From a virus (lineage: Duplodnaviria > Caudoviricetes): a stretch of DNA of 64,000 bases. Below are positions 17,463-27,505 of this stretch, one piece after another. The position numbers and the translations under genes were made by a program. The stretch lies in IMG/VR virus record IMGVR_UViG_3300015607_000582, positions 78,929 to 142,928 of that record; one strand, 5' to 3'. The notes under the pieces were generated by a model. It was not told the origin of the DNA. It saw only the letters and a list, made by a program, of their open reading frames with translations, and made no database searches. Each line of letters opens with the position of its first letter. Positions within the stretch are counted from its first letter, which is position 1.

Positions 17463-19742
17463 CTACTCCATGTTCCGGCGGAAGGCGGGCGGCACCTTGT
17501 CGATCACCACGCGACTGCTCCGGCGCATGTCCCACTTCAACTCCGGCTCGTCGGCTGCCACGACGGTGCGCTTCGACGATTCCTTGATGCGTCGCGACCG
17601 CTTGCTCAGCTCGATCTCGATCATGGTCTCCTTGAGCCCCGCCAGTCGCCTGTCCACTTCCTCCGGATCCAGCTCGGCAAAGCTGGCTCCGACTGGCTTC
17701 GGCATACCGGGGCGACGCTCGTCGCTGATCGGCGGCCTTGCCCCCATGTTGCCTGCACCGCCGGACGAACCTCCGGGGATGGGCGGAGCCCCGCCCGGAG
17801 GAGTGCCCAGTCCCGGCGGAGGGGGCGGCATCACGATGCCGCCGGGCAGACCGCCCGCCATGTCGCCGCCGGGAGGCGGGCCGCCCACCATGCCGCCGCC
17901 CATGTCGCCGCCGGGCGGCGGGCCGCCCATGCCACCCGGAGCACCGGGCCCCATCGCGGGTGCGTTCGTGCTCTCGACCTCGGCCTTGAGGTCGGGCGGA
18001 ATCGGCAGGCCCTGCGTCTGCAGGATCTTGTACGTCTGGAGCTTCGCCTGCTGCTGGGCGACGGTCTTCTGGATCATCTCCTCGGACAGCTCATCGAGCG
18101 TGTCCTTGAAGTCGAAGCCGACGTTGACCATGAGGCGGTTGTCACTGATCGGGGCACCCATGGCGCGCAGGGTCTGGAGGAACTGTCGCTCCGTCGCCTC
18201 GTCGCGCATGTTGAAGTTCTCGAACTGCAGGTCGATGTCGAGGAGCTTGTGCTTCTCGACGATGTAGGGATCGCCGTCATCGTCGTACTCGATCACTTCC
18301 TCCATGATCGGCACGCGGGTCTGGCCCCGCTTCTCGTAGTCGTAGTGGCCCTGCGCCTCGGCGACCACCTGAGCCCGCTCGGTGAAGAACCGCTTCAGGT
18401 AGTTCTGGTAGGTCTTCATCTGCTGGTTCATGAACTCCGCCTGCAGGGCGGAGCTGGCGTACGGCTGCGCGTTCGAGCCACTGGAAAGCAGCGACGGGTT
18501 GATGCCGAAGCCCTGCATGATGCGGCGCTCGATGCGGTCGAAGTCGTTGCCGAGATCCGGCACCTGCTCGCGGCCGAAGACGTTCTGGACGTCGAGCGCG
18601 TGATGGTAGACGAGCAGGCGGAAGTCGCTGGCGAGCGCGATGTCCATGTCGTCGCGGAAGCTGTCGAGCTGGTCGGGCGTCGGCAGCCACCCCTCCTGCC
18701 CGGCGATCATGTCGCTCGTGCCGAGCTTGGCGAGGATGAGCGGCGAGTACAGGCGCTCTGCGATGGCGTCCTGCGACGCCAGCAGCTTCTCCTCGTGGAG
18801 CAGCGTGCGCAGGATGCCGAGCATGATCGGCGTACCGTGATCGTCCCAGTCCGTGTGCGTCGTCGCGATGTGCTTGAGCATCACGTCGGACACGGGGAAC
18901 GGCTCGCCGCGCAGGGCGTACGGGATCAGGTGCTCGTAGTTGATCTGGAGCTGCTTGTACTCGTCGGACGGCGACTTCGTCTGCGCGAGGCGGCGCAGGG
19001 ATTCGGGCAGGTGAACCTTGAGCTGCTGGGTGCCCATGAGCGGGAACCGCTCGATGACGATGTTCTCGGGGTTGAGCAGCTCTTCGCGCTCCCACACGCC
19101 GAGGCTCTCGTTGAACGAGCCGAGCGGGAACGCCTCGCCGACCGTGAACACCTCGCGGCCGATCTTGTAGAGGAACTCCTCGTAGTTCAGCTTGTCGAGG
19201 AACTCCTCCTCGTAGAACTGCGTGACCTTGCGATCCTGACACTCGATGCGCAGCCCGGCCAGCGGGAATCGCGAGTAGATTTCCACGAGCTGCTTGACGA
19301 GGTAGTGCGTCGAGTAGTACAGGCGCATCCACTTGTGCAGCTTGTGGCGATGCCCCTCGTCGGCCATGTTCCACGGCAGGCCGGAGAGATCCCAGTATTC
19401 CATGGGGTCGTAGAAGCGCGGCAGGGCGGCCATGACGTCGGAGCCCATCGACCCGATCTTCTGCATGCCCATCGACGCGCTGGCGTTCCGGTGACGCCGC
19501 ATCGCCGAGATGACCTCGGCGTTCTTCTGGAGATCGCGCACCTCGGGGCTCGAAGCCGTCCGCTCGAAGTGCGACCGGACGTCGGCCTGAAGCTGCCCCG
19601 GCGTCTTCACCATGGAGGCGTAGTCGTTCGCCGCCGCCATCCGGGCCTTGTAGTTGCGCGGGAGCGAGACCCCCTGCGCCTGCAGGCTCTGCAGCTCGCG
19701 TGCAAGGTCTCGCGGAACCTTCTTGCGCTTTCCGTCACTCAT
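17463..19742 (-). CDS. Portal protein with Pro/Gly-rich C-terminal insert
   Basis: Position downstream of terL. YSRFPL, GEAFPLGSFN, WDDHGTP, AQ-like 'SQDAIAERLYSPLILAKLG' and DFRLLVYH patterns typical of large actinophage portals. Confidence 0.8.
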   Translation of the reverse strand: MSDGKRKKVPRDLARELQSLQAQGVSLPRNYKARMAAANDYASMVKTPGQLQADVRSHFERTASSPEVRDLQKNAEVISAMRRHRNASASMGMQKIGSMGSDVMAALPRFYDPMEYWDLSGLPWNMADEGHRHKLHKWMRLYYSTHYLVKQLVEIYSRFPLAGLRIECQDRKVTQFYEEEFLDKLNYEEFLYKIGREVFTVGEAFPLGSFNESLGVWEREELLNPENIVIERFPLMGTQQLKVHLPESLRRLAQTKSPSDEYKQLQINYEHLIPYALRGEPFPVSDVMLKHIATTHTDWDDHGTPIMLGILRTLLHEEKLLASQDAIAERLYSPLILAKLGTSDMIAGQEGWLPTPDQLDSFRDDMDIALASDFRLLVYHHALDVQNVFGREQVPDLGNDFDRIERRIMQGFGINPSLLSSGSNAQPYASSALQAEFMNQQMKTYQNYLKRFFTERAQVVAEAQGHYDYEKRGQTRVPIMEEVIEYDDDGDPYIVEKHKLLDIDLQFENFNMRDEATERQFLQTLRAMGAPISDNRLMVNVGFDFKDTLDELSEEMIQKTVAQQQAKLQTYKILQTQGLPIPPDLKAEVESTNAPAMGPGAPGGMGGPPPGGDMGGGMVGGPPPGGDMAGGLPGGIVMPPPPPGLGTPPGGAPPIPGGSSGGAGNMGARPPISDERRPGMPKPVGASFAELDPEEVDRRLAGLKETMIEIELSKRSRRIKESSKRTVVAADEPELKWDMRRSSRVVIDKVPPAFRRNME

Positions 19743-19996
19743 GTGGCTTCGCCTCCGGCGAGTCTCGCGTCAACGATGGCCTGCAGACGCTCTCGGGAAA
19801 TCCAGCCCCTGTCGGCCTCCCAGTGGCAGTTGCCGCAGAGGTAGGCGACGTTCGAGAGGCGGTACTTGCCTCCCTCCTTGCCGGGGAGGATCCGGTGGCG
19901 CTGGGTGAACTTGTCGTAGCCGCATATCTCACACGACTTGAGTTGGGCGCACTTGACCGCCCGCTTCCCGTCCTTCTTCGGAGCCGCGTCGCCCAT
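19739..19996 (-). CDS. Small HNH endonuclease
   Basis: CEICG..RHRILP..GG...SNVAYLCGNCH. Confidence 0.85.
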   Translation of the reverse strand: MGDAAPKKDGKRAVKCAQLKSCEICGYDKFTQRHRILPGKEGGKYRLSNVAYLCGNCHWEADRGWISRERLQAIVDARLAGGEAT

Positions 19997-20004
19997 CCCC
20001 GGCG

Positions 20005-20856
20005 TCAGACTTCGACGCGCCAGCGGGAGGTGACGGCACTCCCCTGCCCCTCGGGCGTGGGGAAGGTGTCCGTCCTGTCGCCGACCTGCTCCTCGCCGAT
20101 GGGGGAGTCGACGTCGACCTGCTTGCCCGTCTCGCTCACGAGATCCGGATCCTGCTTGAGCGTGTCGGCGTTGTCCGGAGCGATGCCCTGCATCTCGCTG
20201 GGGTTCGCCTTCGACGGGACATCGGCGCTCGTCGCGGTGCCGTTCTCGATGAACTCGCCGCCGAGCCCGGTGGTCGAGCCGTCGGCGGTCGACGTCGGCA
20301 GGCTCTCGGTCGACTGCGTGTAGGTGTCCCCGTCCGCGTCGGCCGTCTTGGAGCCCACCGCCTCGTAGAGCTGCTTCTTGCGATCCTCGTGGTACTTGCG
20401 CGTGGCCGCGTCGATGTCGCCATCGACCTCACCGGGGTGAGGCGGATCGAGGATCTCGCCCGCGCCGCCGCCGCACACCGGGCACTCCATCGTGGAGACA
20501 TCGACCGGAGCGCCGCAGTCGGGGCAGGTGGTGTCGCGAGGGCGCTCGTAGTTGACCACCGAGTTGGCGACCTCGACCGGGTTGGCGGCCTGTCGCAGCG
20601 ACGACATCGCCGCATCGAGCGCGGTCTGGATGTCGGCATGCTCGGTCAGGCCGTGCTCGGCGCACGCCTCCTTGACCGTCGCGAGGATGTCGCTCTGGAT
20701 GAGTTCGATGCGCTCCTCGGCGTCGCTGGAGCTGCCAACGAACTTGGCGAACTTCTGCTGGACGCGCGAGACCGATGCGATGGCCGCTCGACCCGTGTTG
20801 CGCTTGTGCGAGTCATCGTCTTCGAGCTTGGCGATGACGGAGAACATGTCGGACAT
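20005..20856 (-). CDS. Acidic head-associated protein with inserted Zn-ribbon
   Basis: Between terL and portal. CPDC..CPVC flanked by RQAA and KTAD. Confidence 0.6.
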   Translation of the reverse strand: MSDMFSVIAKLEDDDSHKRNTGRAAIASVSRVQQKFAKFVGSSSDAEERIELIQSDILATVKEACAEHGLTEHADIQTALDAAMSSLRQAANPVEVANSVVNYERPRDTTCPDCGAPVDVSTMECPVCGGGAGEILDPPHPGEVDGDIDAATRKYHEDRKKQLYEAVGSKTADADGDTYTQSTESLPTSTADGSTTGLGGEFIENGTATSADVPSKANPSEMQGIAPDNADTLKQDPDLVSETGKQVDVDSPIGEEQVGDRTDTFPTPEGQGSAVTSRWRVEV

Positions 20857-20868
20857 GAACGGGTGCTC

Positions 20869-22212
20869 CTAGTAGAAGAGGGCCTCGGCAGGGCCATCGT
20901 TGTCGGGTGTGACGGTGTCGACGGAGGCGGTGTGGGCGCGTGCCTCGGCGTTGAGGGCTGCAGCCCGCCGAGCGCGGTGCGCCTCGACTGCATCGCAGAA
21001 CTGGTCGACGAGCTGCTTGCGCGCCTCGGGATCCATCGCTGCGGTGCGCTCCATGACGGACGCCTCGGCGAGGTCGCGGATCGCCGCAGCATCGTGAACC
21101 ATGAGATCCGGCAGCTCGGCCACGAGGATGGCTGCATCCTCTCGGGCCGCCTTGACCGGGTTGTAGCTCGCCGACTCCTCCGTCATCTGGGCGATGGCCG
21201 GATCGAGGTCGGGGGAGTCGAAACCACCGACGGAGCCGTTGGCCGCGACCACCGCCCCGACCTCGTAGCCGCTCTGGCTGGAGAGGTACTCCCGCTCGGA
21301 CGCCGTGACGATGCCCTCCGCGTTGGACGTCAGCTCCCTGATCGCCCCGGCAGTGGCCTCCCGCATCTTGACGAGGTAGGGCAGGCTCTCGTCATCGGCC
21401 CGACCGAGCGCGGCGACGATGCGCTTGCGCGCCTCCTGCAGATGCTCGATGCGAGACGCGACAGTGGCGATGTCGTTCGGCTTCGCCTCGGGGATGGAGT
21501 CGATGAACTGCTGGATCTCCGAGACCTCGTCGCTCTCGTCGCTGACGGGCTCGGCGATCTCGCCGTTGAGCTGCTGGACGCCGTGCGGGGTGTCGACGGC
21601 GACGACGAGGCGGCCCCACTCGTCGTAGTCCATGCCCCGGAAGGTGCCCTCGAAGTTGGCCACGCGCACCTTGCCCGTGTAGCCCTGCCACATGGTGCGA
21701 AGCTGGTCGCGGAGCTGCTGCGCCATGACCGTGTCGCCCTCCTGCTCGGCCTGCATGAGCTTGGCCTTCAGGTCTTCGACGCCCTGCACGCCCTGATTCT
21801 GCTCGGGCTGCTCCGGGTAGGTGTGGCGGTACTGGTCGAGACCGTCGCCGACATTGGCCGTCAGGCCCTGCGGGGGCATGCTGAACTCACTGTCCTGCTG
21901 GATCTCGGGGGCAGCGGCCGGATCCTCCACCTCGGGGTCGAACTCGTTCGACTCCGTCGACTGGTGCTCCAGTGCGCGCTGGTAGGCGGCCTCGGGGTCG
22001 GGACAGCCGTCGTGCGCCAGCTTGGCGACGATCTCCTGCTGGTTGGCCCCACGGGTCAGCATGTCGAGGGCGTGATCGACCCACGTCTCGGTCGCCACCT
22101 CCTGCTCGACCGAGTTGGTGGCGTTGTCCGCGAGGTCGACACCACCGGGGGCCGCCTCGGGGCTGATCGGGTTGAGATCCGCTGCATCAGCAGCAAGCAC
22201 GCGCCATCGCAC
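20869..22212 (-). CDS. Acidic/helical head-associated (scaffold-like or internal) protein
   Basis: AGGAG RBS plus GTG at 22212 (MRWRVLAA), downstream of class B motif. Confidence 0.6.
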   Translation of the reverse strand: MRWRVLAADAADLNPISPEAAPGGVDLADNATNSVEQEVATETWVDHALDMLTRGANQQEIVAKLAHDGCPDPEAAYQRALEHQSTESNEFDPEVEDPAAAPEIQQDSEFSMPPQGLTANVGDGLDQYRHTYPEQPEQNQGVQGVEDLKAKLMQAEQEGDTVMAQQLRDQLRTMWQGYTGKVRVANFEGTFRGMDYDEWGRLVVAVDTPHGVQQLNGEIAEPVSDESDEVSEIQQFIDSIPEAKPNDIATVASRIEHLQEARKRIVAALGRADDESLPYLVKMREATAGAIRELTSNAEGIVTASEREYLSSQSGYEVGAVVAANGSVGGFDSPDLDPAIAQMTEESASYNPVKAAREDAAILVAELPDLMVHDAAAIRDLAEASVMERTAAMDPEARKQLVDQFCDAVEAHRARRAAALNAEARAHTASVDTVTPDNDGPAEALFY

Positions 22213-22234
22213 TGGTATGCACTCCTGTTGTGGC

Positions 22235-22247
22235 TTCACACGTTAGT
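22235..22247 (-). promoter_or_regulatory. Class B (putative late) promoter
   Basis: ACTAA-CGTG-TGAA between terL and head genes. Confidence 0.6.
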
Positions 22248-22263
22248 TCGCAGCAGGAATCGG

Positions 22264-24282
22264 TCACCGCATCCTGCGCAGCCCTCGGGCGGGGTTGAAG
22301 TTGCCACCTCGGGCCCCTCGACCGCCGTAGAACTGATCCAAGCTGCCGCTGGTTGATGCGGTGCTCCGGGGGCCGAACTCCGACCTGCCGCCGATGGGGT
22401 AGCCACCCTGCGCGCCCGTGCGAATCATGGGATTGCCGCGCGTCCCGATCAGGTCGGACAGGAACGACCCGAGGAACTTGTAGTTGACGTCGCGGATGCA
22501 GTCCGCCATGTCCTTCGTCTGCACCGGGCCCGTGGTCTGTCGCTCGACCTTCGGGTTCTGCTTGGTCATGTCGCACGAGAGGAACTTCAGCTCCTGCTTC
22601 GAGTAGTCACTGTCCTCGCAGTCGGGCGCGACGTGGATCATGCCGAGGTTCATCGCCGTCTTGAGCGTCTGCCACTTGTTCCAGTTCTCCTTGTTGCCGC
22701 CCTGCGACTCGAAGACCTTGGTCTCGTGGATGCGCTTGACGGCCATCTCCTCGCGCAGCCACTGCACGGGCATGATCGAGTTGAACTGGTCGAACGTCAG
22801 CTCGGACGGCCGGAACAGGTCGATGATGTGCAGCACCTCCCGCATCACCACCATGTAGTCGATGGTGCCCTGCGGGAAGTCCTCGGGGTTCCATCGCTTC
22901 ACGACGTCGATGATGACGTGGTTGACCGGCTCGCCTCCGAAGTTCGGATTCGGGAACGCCTCGACGTGACCCAGCGCGAAGCCGAACCCTGCCGTGGTCG
23001 ACGAGGGGTCGAGGTGCGCCATGTAGTTGTACGTGTACGAGCCCTCCGTCGCCATCCGCACCGGCCGCATGATGTCCTCGCGCAGCGTCGGCACCCCGGC
23101 GGCGGGGATGTGGATCATGCCGTTGTAGGCGCGGTCGACCACGTTCGGGTCGAGGTACCCATCGAGGACTTCCGCCCACTGAGCGCGACGCTCGACCCGG
23201 TAGGTGTCCGGGTTCGCCTTCTCCTTCAGGCGCTCGTCGCGCGCCGACAGTCGGTCATCCTCGCACGGCTGATCCTCGTCAGGCACGTCGGGGTTCGCCA
23301 TGACCGCATTCGGAATCGGAGCATGGCCCCACCGCTGCTTGCGGGGGTCGTTCTCGTAGCCCATGTAGAGCGCCCACGACGGCCAGTTGAACGTCAGCAT
23401 GCCGTGGTTGAAGGGATCGCCGTTCTCGTCGAGCTGGTACCCGATCTGCGTCTGCTCGTAGAACTTGCCGGTCTTGGCCCACGGCGACGAGTTCAGGAAG
23501 CACATCGCCCACTTGCCGAACTGGGCGAGCGACGGCTCGTTCGCGTTGTAGACCTCGCTGCCGGTGGAGGCCGACTTGCCCTCCATCATGTGCGCCATCT
23601 CGTCGAACACCGACACGAGCGAGGTAGCACCTCGGACTGAGCGGGCGTTGGCCGGGAGCGGCTTGGCGCGCAGCTTCGAGTAGTCGCGGTTGACGGAGAT
23701 CCCCGCCTCCCTCAGTTCCTGCACCAACTCCTCGTCGGCGTCCGTCTTGATGTTGAAGCCCTCCTCCAAGATGTTCGTGATGAACGGCCGGAGCGGCTTG
23801 CAGTTGGAGACGACGTTGATGAGGTCGGCGAACTGGAACTTCTTGGCCTGATCGAGCGACGCCGCGATGCAGGTGAAGTAGATTTCCTTGTCCTTCGAGA
23901 TGTTGAAGAACTCGCCGGGGTTGGGGATCTGCTGGACTTCGTACATGATCTTCGCCATGGCCAGCGCGGTGAGGAATCCCTTCGATCCGCGTCGGCCACC
24001 GATCATGTGAACCTCGGTGAAGTGCGTGTAGCCGTTGTCGCGCAAGTAGTCCCTGCGCTGGCGCACCTTGGGTGAGATGTGGACGCCGTCCTCGCCACGA
24101 ATCCATCCGCTGAGGACGTCCTCCTCCCACCCCTCCATCTCTTCGAGGAACATCAGCTTGAGCAGCACCTGCTGGCGCGGGTACATCCGGTACCCGCAGT
24201 AGGCGCTGCTCTCTGCGAACTCGGCAATGCCGACCTGATGCGAGGCGACCTGCCGAAAGAACTGATCGGCGAGGACAGTCAT
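22264..24282 (-). CDS. terL: Terminase large subunit
   Basis: YPRQ adenine motif, Walker A GGRRGSKG, Walker B VFDEMAH, NSSP, nuclease HLDPS...TFDQF...KDMAD. Confidence 0.92.
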   Translation of the reverse strand: MTVLADQFFRQVASHQVGIAEFAESSAYCGYRMYPRQQVLLKLMFLEEMEGWEEDVLSGWIRGEDGVHISPKVRQRRDYLRDNGYTHFTEVHMIGGRRGSKGFLTALAMAKIMYEVQQIPNPGEFFNISKDKEIYFTCIAASLDQAKKFQFADLINVVSNCKPLRPFITNILEEGFNIKTDADEELVQELREAGISVNRDYSKLRAKPLPANARSVRGATSLVSVFDEMAHMMEGKSASTGSEVYNANEPSLAQFGKWAMCFLNSSPWAKTGKFYEQTQIGYQLDENGDPFNHGMLTFNWPSWALYMGYENDPRKQRWGHAPIPNAVMANPDVPDEDQPCEDDRLSARDERLKEKANPDTYRVERRAQWAEVLDGYLDPNVVDRAYNGMIHIPAAGVPTLREDIMRPVRMATEGSYTYNYMAHLDPSSTTAGFGFALGHVEAFPNPNFGGEPVNHVIIDVVKRWNPEDFPQGTIDYMVVMREVLHIIDLFRPSELTFDQFNSIMPVQWLREEMAVKRIHETKVFESQGGNKENWNKWQTLKTAMNLGMIHVAPDCEDSDYSKQELKFLSCDMTKQNPKVERQTTGPVQTKDMADCIRDVNYKFLGSFLSDLIGTRGNPMIRTGAQGGYPIGGRSEFGPRSTASTSGSLDQFYGGRGARGGNFNPARGLRRMR

Positions 24283-24659
24283 CGCGCAGGCGGCTCGATG
24301 GCCCGAATCACTCGCCGGACGTCCTTGTCCTCGTTGCGGTCGACCGCGCGCCGCACCTCGTGGTACTGGCGCTCGTGGTCGAACCCGTGCTTGTTGTACT
24401 CGTGGCCCGGCACGCGACCAACCACCTCGATGGTGGCGGGGCCGATGCCGAGCAGGCACTCGGTCGTGTGGACGCGGACGACGTAGCCGATCTTGTACGC
24501 CTCGTCCTGAGCGCGCTTCGCCATCTCGCCGACGTGCAGGTGATCGTTCGGCTTCTTGGAGTAGCGACGCATCAGCTCCCGCCACATGGTGGCGATGCGC
24601 TTGACGTCCTCGTCGTGCATGTCGGCAGAGGTGATCCCCTGCTCGGCGTACTCGGTCAT
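24279..24659 (-). CDS. Hypothetical protein
   Basis: MTEYAEQG..., coupled to terL. Confidence 0.7.
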   Translation of the reverse strand: MTEYAEQGITSADMHDEDVKRIATMWRELMRRYSKKPNDHLHVGEMAKRAQDEAYKIGYVVRVHTTECLLGIGPATIEVVGRVPGHEYNKHGFDHERQYHEVRRAVDRNEDKDVRRVIRAIEPPAR

Positions 24660-25393
24660 CCGTCTCCCCTTGCGAGTTGCCTGCGCCGATCCCGCTCCAG
24701 CTCCAGATTGAGCCTGAACTGCTCGGCGATCTTCTTCCACATCGACTCGGGCACGATCTGCTTCATCGTCTTGGTGAGGATGTTCATCTCCATCACCATC
24801 TCGTCGACGCGCTCCGCGTGGAGCTTGGCATCGTCGGCCGCCAGCTTGTCGATGATCTTGAGCGCGGTCTCGGGCTCGATGCGTACGCTGTCGTCCACGA
24901 TGGCCTTGAACGCCTTCTGGCGCATCACCTCAAGCATCGCTCGATTCGTGAGCAGGTTGTCAGCCACCTGCTCGATGTTCTCGAACTGCTTCTCGGCCTG
25001 CTTCTCCAGCATGCGGCGCACGGCCGCGTCGTGCATCGTCATGTGCTTCCGCACATGGTTCGACATGGAGTGCGGCGAGAGCTTCTCGCCGATCTGCTCC
25101 ATGTAGCTGATGACCTCGACCTGCGACATGCCGTACACGATCAGCCGCTCGATCTGGTCACGGTACGTCGACTTGCACACGTTGCACTTGTCGACGACGG
25201 GGCGCAGCTTGGTGGTCGAAGCCTGCGCCAGCCCGAGGCCCTTCTTCGGCGCGTCCTTGTCGCCCTTGCCGGTCGCGGACTTGCCTCCGTTGGCGCGCTT
25301 CTCGCGCTGCGCGTCCTTGAACGACTTCCCGCCAGCGGTGGGGTCGTTCTTGGGGGAGCGCGGACTGCCGCTGCTGTCGTACGTCGGAGCCAT
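24656..25393 (-). CDS. Candidate terminase small subunit (CxxC..H, HTH, helical)
   Basis: CNVC, HTH-like GMSQVEVISYM..LSPHSMSNH, two genes upstream of terL. Confidence 0.5.
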   Translation of the reverse strand: MAPTYDSSGSPRSPKNDPTAGGKSFKDAQREKRANGGKSATGKGDKDAPKKGLGLAQASTTKLRPVVDKCNVCKSTYRDQIERLIVYGMSQVEVISYMEQIGEKLSPHSMSNHVRKHMTMHDAAVRRMLEKQAEKQFENIEQVADNLLTNRAMLEVMRQKAFKAIVDDSVRIEPETALKIIDKLAADDAKLHAERVDEMVMEMNILTKTMKQIVPESMWKKIAEQFRLNLELERDRRRQLARGDG

Positions 25394-25394
25394 G

Positions 25395-25748
25395 TCAGTC
25401 GGCGTAGTAGGCGGCACCCTTGGCACGCGCCTCCTCGGAGTTCACCCGGCGACCATCCGGCGCAGCGCGCCAGTAGATCCCCGAAACGACAGACGGGTCG
25501 ACGGATCCCGAGTTCGAGTGGATCTCGCGTCGACGTCGCTGGCGCAGGTGCTCGTAGAACAGGATGGGATCGTCGCCCTTGAGCCCGCGCTTCTTGCCGG
25601 TCTCCGGGTCGATCTCGTTCGCGTTCTCGCGCAGCATCTGGTCGGCGATGACCTCCAGCTCGGTCTTGGTGTAGCCGCCCGCCTTCGCCTTCTCCGGGTC
25701 GTACTCGATGTAGTCGGGCTTCTGCCGACGGCGATTCCAGTTCCCCAT
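25395..25748 (-). CDS. Hypothetical protein
   Basis: Coupled ORF, GC3-rich. Confidence 0.7.
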   Translation of the reverse strand: MGNWNRRRQKPDYIEYDPEKAKAGGYTKTELEVIADQMLRENANEIDPETGKKRGLKGDDPILFYEHLRQRRRREIHSNSGSVDPSVVSGIYWRAAPDGRRVNSEEARAKGAAYYAD

Positions 25749-26122
25749 CAGTCCCCCTCGTACCAGTCTGGGAAGTAGTGACGTGCCAAGTCCTCGCAGG
25801 ACAGCTCGACGAACTGCCCCACCATGACCGGCTTGACGTTGCCGATCAGCACCCCAACCTCCTTCTGCGTCATGTCGCGCAGGACGTTGAGCAGCAGGGC
25901 ACTGCGATGCTGCTGAGGAACCTCAACGGGCCCCTCGCCAGTTAGGATGCAGTGCCGGATGGCTTCCACCTCGGTCAGCCCCATGTGAACCTCGGTGTCG
26001 CCGAGCCTGTAGACCAGCGCGAACTCCCCCGACTGCTGGCACACCTGCTTGAACGACTCGAAGTTCCGCAGCACCTCGCGGAGCAGTCGATGCGGCTTCG
26101 CCAGAAACTCCTGCTCATCCAC
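25748..26122 (-). CDS. Sigma70 region-4-like HTH protein
   Basis: VPQQHRSALLLNVLRDMTQKEVGVLIG matches the LP.r.R.a..L....mt..EIa..lg pattern. Confidence 0.6.
   Translation of the reverse strand: MDEQEFLAKPHRLLREVLRNFESFKQVCQQSGEFALVYRLGDTEVHMGLTEVEAIRHCILTGEGPVEVPQQHRSALLLNVLRDMTQKEVGVLIGNVKPVMVGQFVELSCEDLARHYFPDWYEGD
25934..25946 (-). promoter_or_regulatory. Class B (putative late) promoter for packaging genes
   Basis: CCTAA-CTGG-CGAG within a CDS, using a rare CTA codon. Confidence 0.45.
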
Positions 26123-26714
26123 GAGCGGCCCCCTTCGACTTCTTGCGGCGCGGATTGCCCTTGGCCTTCGGCACCCTGTAGCCGCCACCCACGAGACTGA
26201 TCGCGATTGCGTCCGCCTCGTCTGCGGTCGACGTCAGCTCCTTCTTGCGCGGCTCCAGCTCGGGGAACACGGACAGCACCGCGTTCCTGACCTGCACCTT
26301 GGTCGCGTCGCCGTAGCCAGTGGCGCGCTGCTTGACGGTCGTGGCCGAGAGCTGCTCGTACGGCCACTCCCACTCCTCGCACAGCGCCTGACACACCGTG
26401 ACAACGACCTGCGCGAGCTGTGACTGAACAGCCCCGCCCGACTGGAACCCGATGGCAGGAACGATCTCGAAGACGATCCTGACGTCCGGGTCGCCATGCT
26501 CCACATGGAGGTCATCGAGGTGATCCGCGATGTCGGCGAAGTTGGACGCCCAGAACGTGACCAGTCGAGAGCGGTACTGCTGGTACGGCTCGTTCTGCTT
26601 GCGAGGCAGCGAGCAGACGCCAGAGCCGAGGTAGCGCCGCTCGCCATCGACCTCCTGAGTGAACGCCCACCCAGCCCGCTGCGCACCGGGGTCGATTCCG
26701 AGCACAATCGTCAT
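26115..26714 (-). CDS. ruvC: RuvC-like Holliday junction resolvase
   Basis: VLGIDPG, VFE, TVKQRATGYGDATK, DEADAIAI. Confidence 0.9.
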   Translation of the reverse strand: MTIVLGIDPGAQRAGWAFTQEVDGERRYLGSGVCSLPRKQNEPYQQYRSRLVTFWASNFADIADHLDDLHVEHGDPDVRIVFEIVPAIGFQSGGAVQSQLAQVVVTVCQALCEEWEWPYEQLSATTVKQRATGYGDATKVQVRNAVLSVFPELEPRKKELTSTADEADAIAISLVGGGYRVPKAKGNPRRKKSKGAARG

Positions 26715-27505
26715 GCCTTGGCCGCCTTCTTGATCGCGGTGCGTCCGGGGCACGCCTTGTCGGGGTTGCACTCGCACTTCGGCGGCGTCCCGGCGCGAAG
26801 GGCCTCGGCCACGATTGCCCAGCGTTCGTAGATCGACTCCACGAAGTCCGGATCGCGGTGGACGTGGCGCTCCTTGAAGCCGTGCGGCGTGTCCTTGTTC
26901 ATGTAGAGCACGATGGCGAGATCGACGTCGTGCCAGTCCATGTAGAGCTGCGTCTGGGCCTCGTACTTCGGCCAGAAGCCGGTGTCCTGCCCCACGTTGT
27001 TGAAGGAGAACGACGCGGCGGTCTTCACGTCGACCAGAGCATCCCCGAAGTCGGGAATCTCGCAGTGCGAGACGTCGGCGGAGCCACGGCACCACCAGAG
27101 GGCTTCCTTGATCTTCGGATCGGTGCGCCAGTCGACCGAGCAGTCGAGCACCGTGCCGTCGTCGGTGCGACGGAACTCGTGCTCGATGTACTCCGGCTTG
27201 GTGAACCCCATGTCGACCAGAGCGTTCTGCAGGAGGCCATGCAGCGCGTGACCGATCTGGAACACCCGCTGCGTCGACGCGGAGTGCTTCTCCGGCGGCA
27301 GCAGGCCCGCCATCGAGGCGTACGTCGCCGCCAGACATGCCAGCCCATGCGACGACGGATGGAAGGCGGTGTCGCGCTCCTTGTTCGGCTCGACGATGAT
27401 CTTGATCTCGTCGGGGAACTGACCCCTGCTGTAGTAGAGGTCGAGGTGCGGGGCGAGGAGCAGTTTCTCCTTCGCCGTCTTGTTCAGGTTCTTGATGAAG
27501 CTCAT
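26711..27505 (-). CDS. Cas4/RecB-like PD-(D/E)XK exonuclease
   Basis: FHPSS..C, GHALH, GSAD, VDVKT, QTQLYM, C-terminal Cys cluster. Confidence 0.85.
   Translation of the reverse strand: MSFIKNLNKTAKEKLLLAPHLDLYYSRGQFPDEIKIIVEPNKERDTAFHPSSHGLACLAATYASMAGLLPPEKHSASTQRVFQIGHALHGLLQNALVDMGFTKPEYIEHEFRRTDDGTVLDCSVDWRTDPKIKEALWWCRGSADVSHCEIPDFGDALVDVKTAASFSFNNVGQDTGFWPKYEAQTQLYMDWHDVDLAIVLYMNKDTPHGFKERHVHRDPDFVESIYERWAIVAEALRAGTPPKCECNPDKACPGRTAIKKAAKA

Noticed and set aside
17700-17960. GC-rich quasi-repeats
   Set aside because: Simply encode the Pro/Gly/Met low-complexity segment of the portal
16923-19844. Long + strand ORFs (also 2721-4673, 6098-8707, 9270-11600, 29675-32557, 50723-53101)
   Set aside because: Antisense shadows of GC3-rich minus-strand genes, with no motifs or RBS
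26711-27505. CRISPR-Cas system
   Set aside because: Solo Cas4-like nuclease in a recombination operon, with no repeat-spacer array or other cas genes
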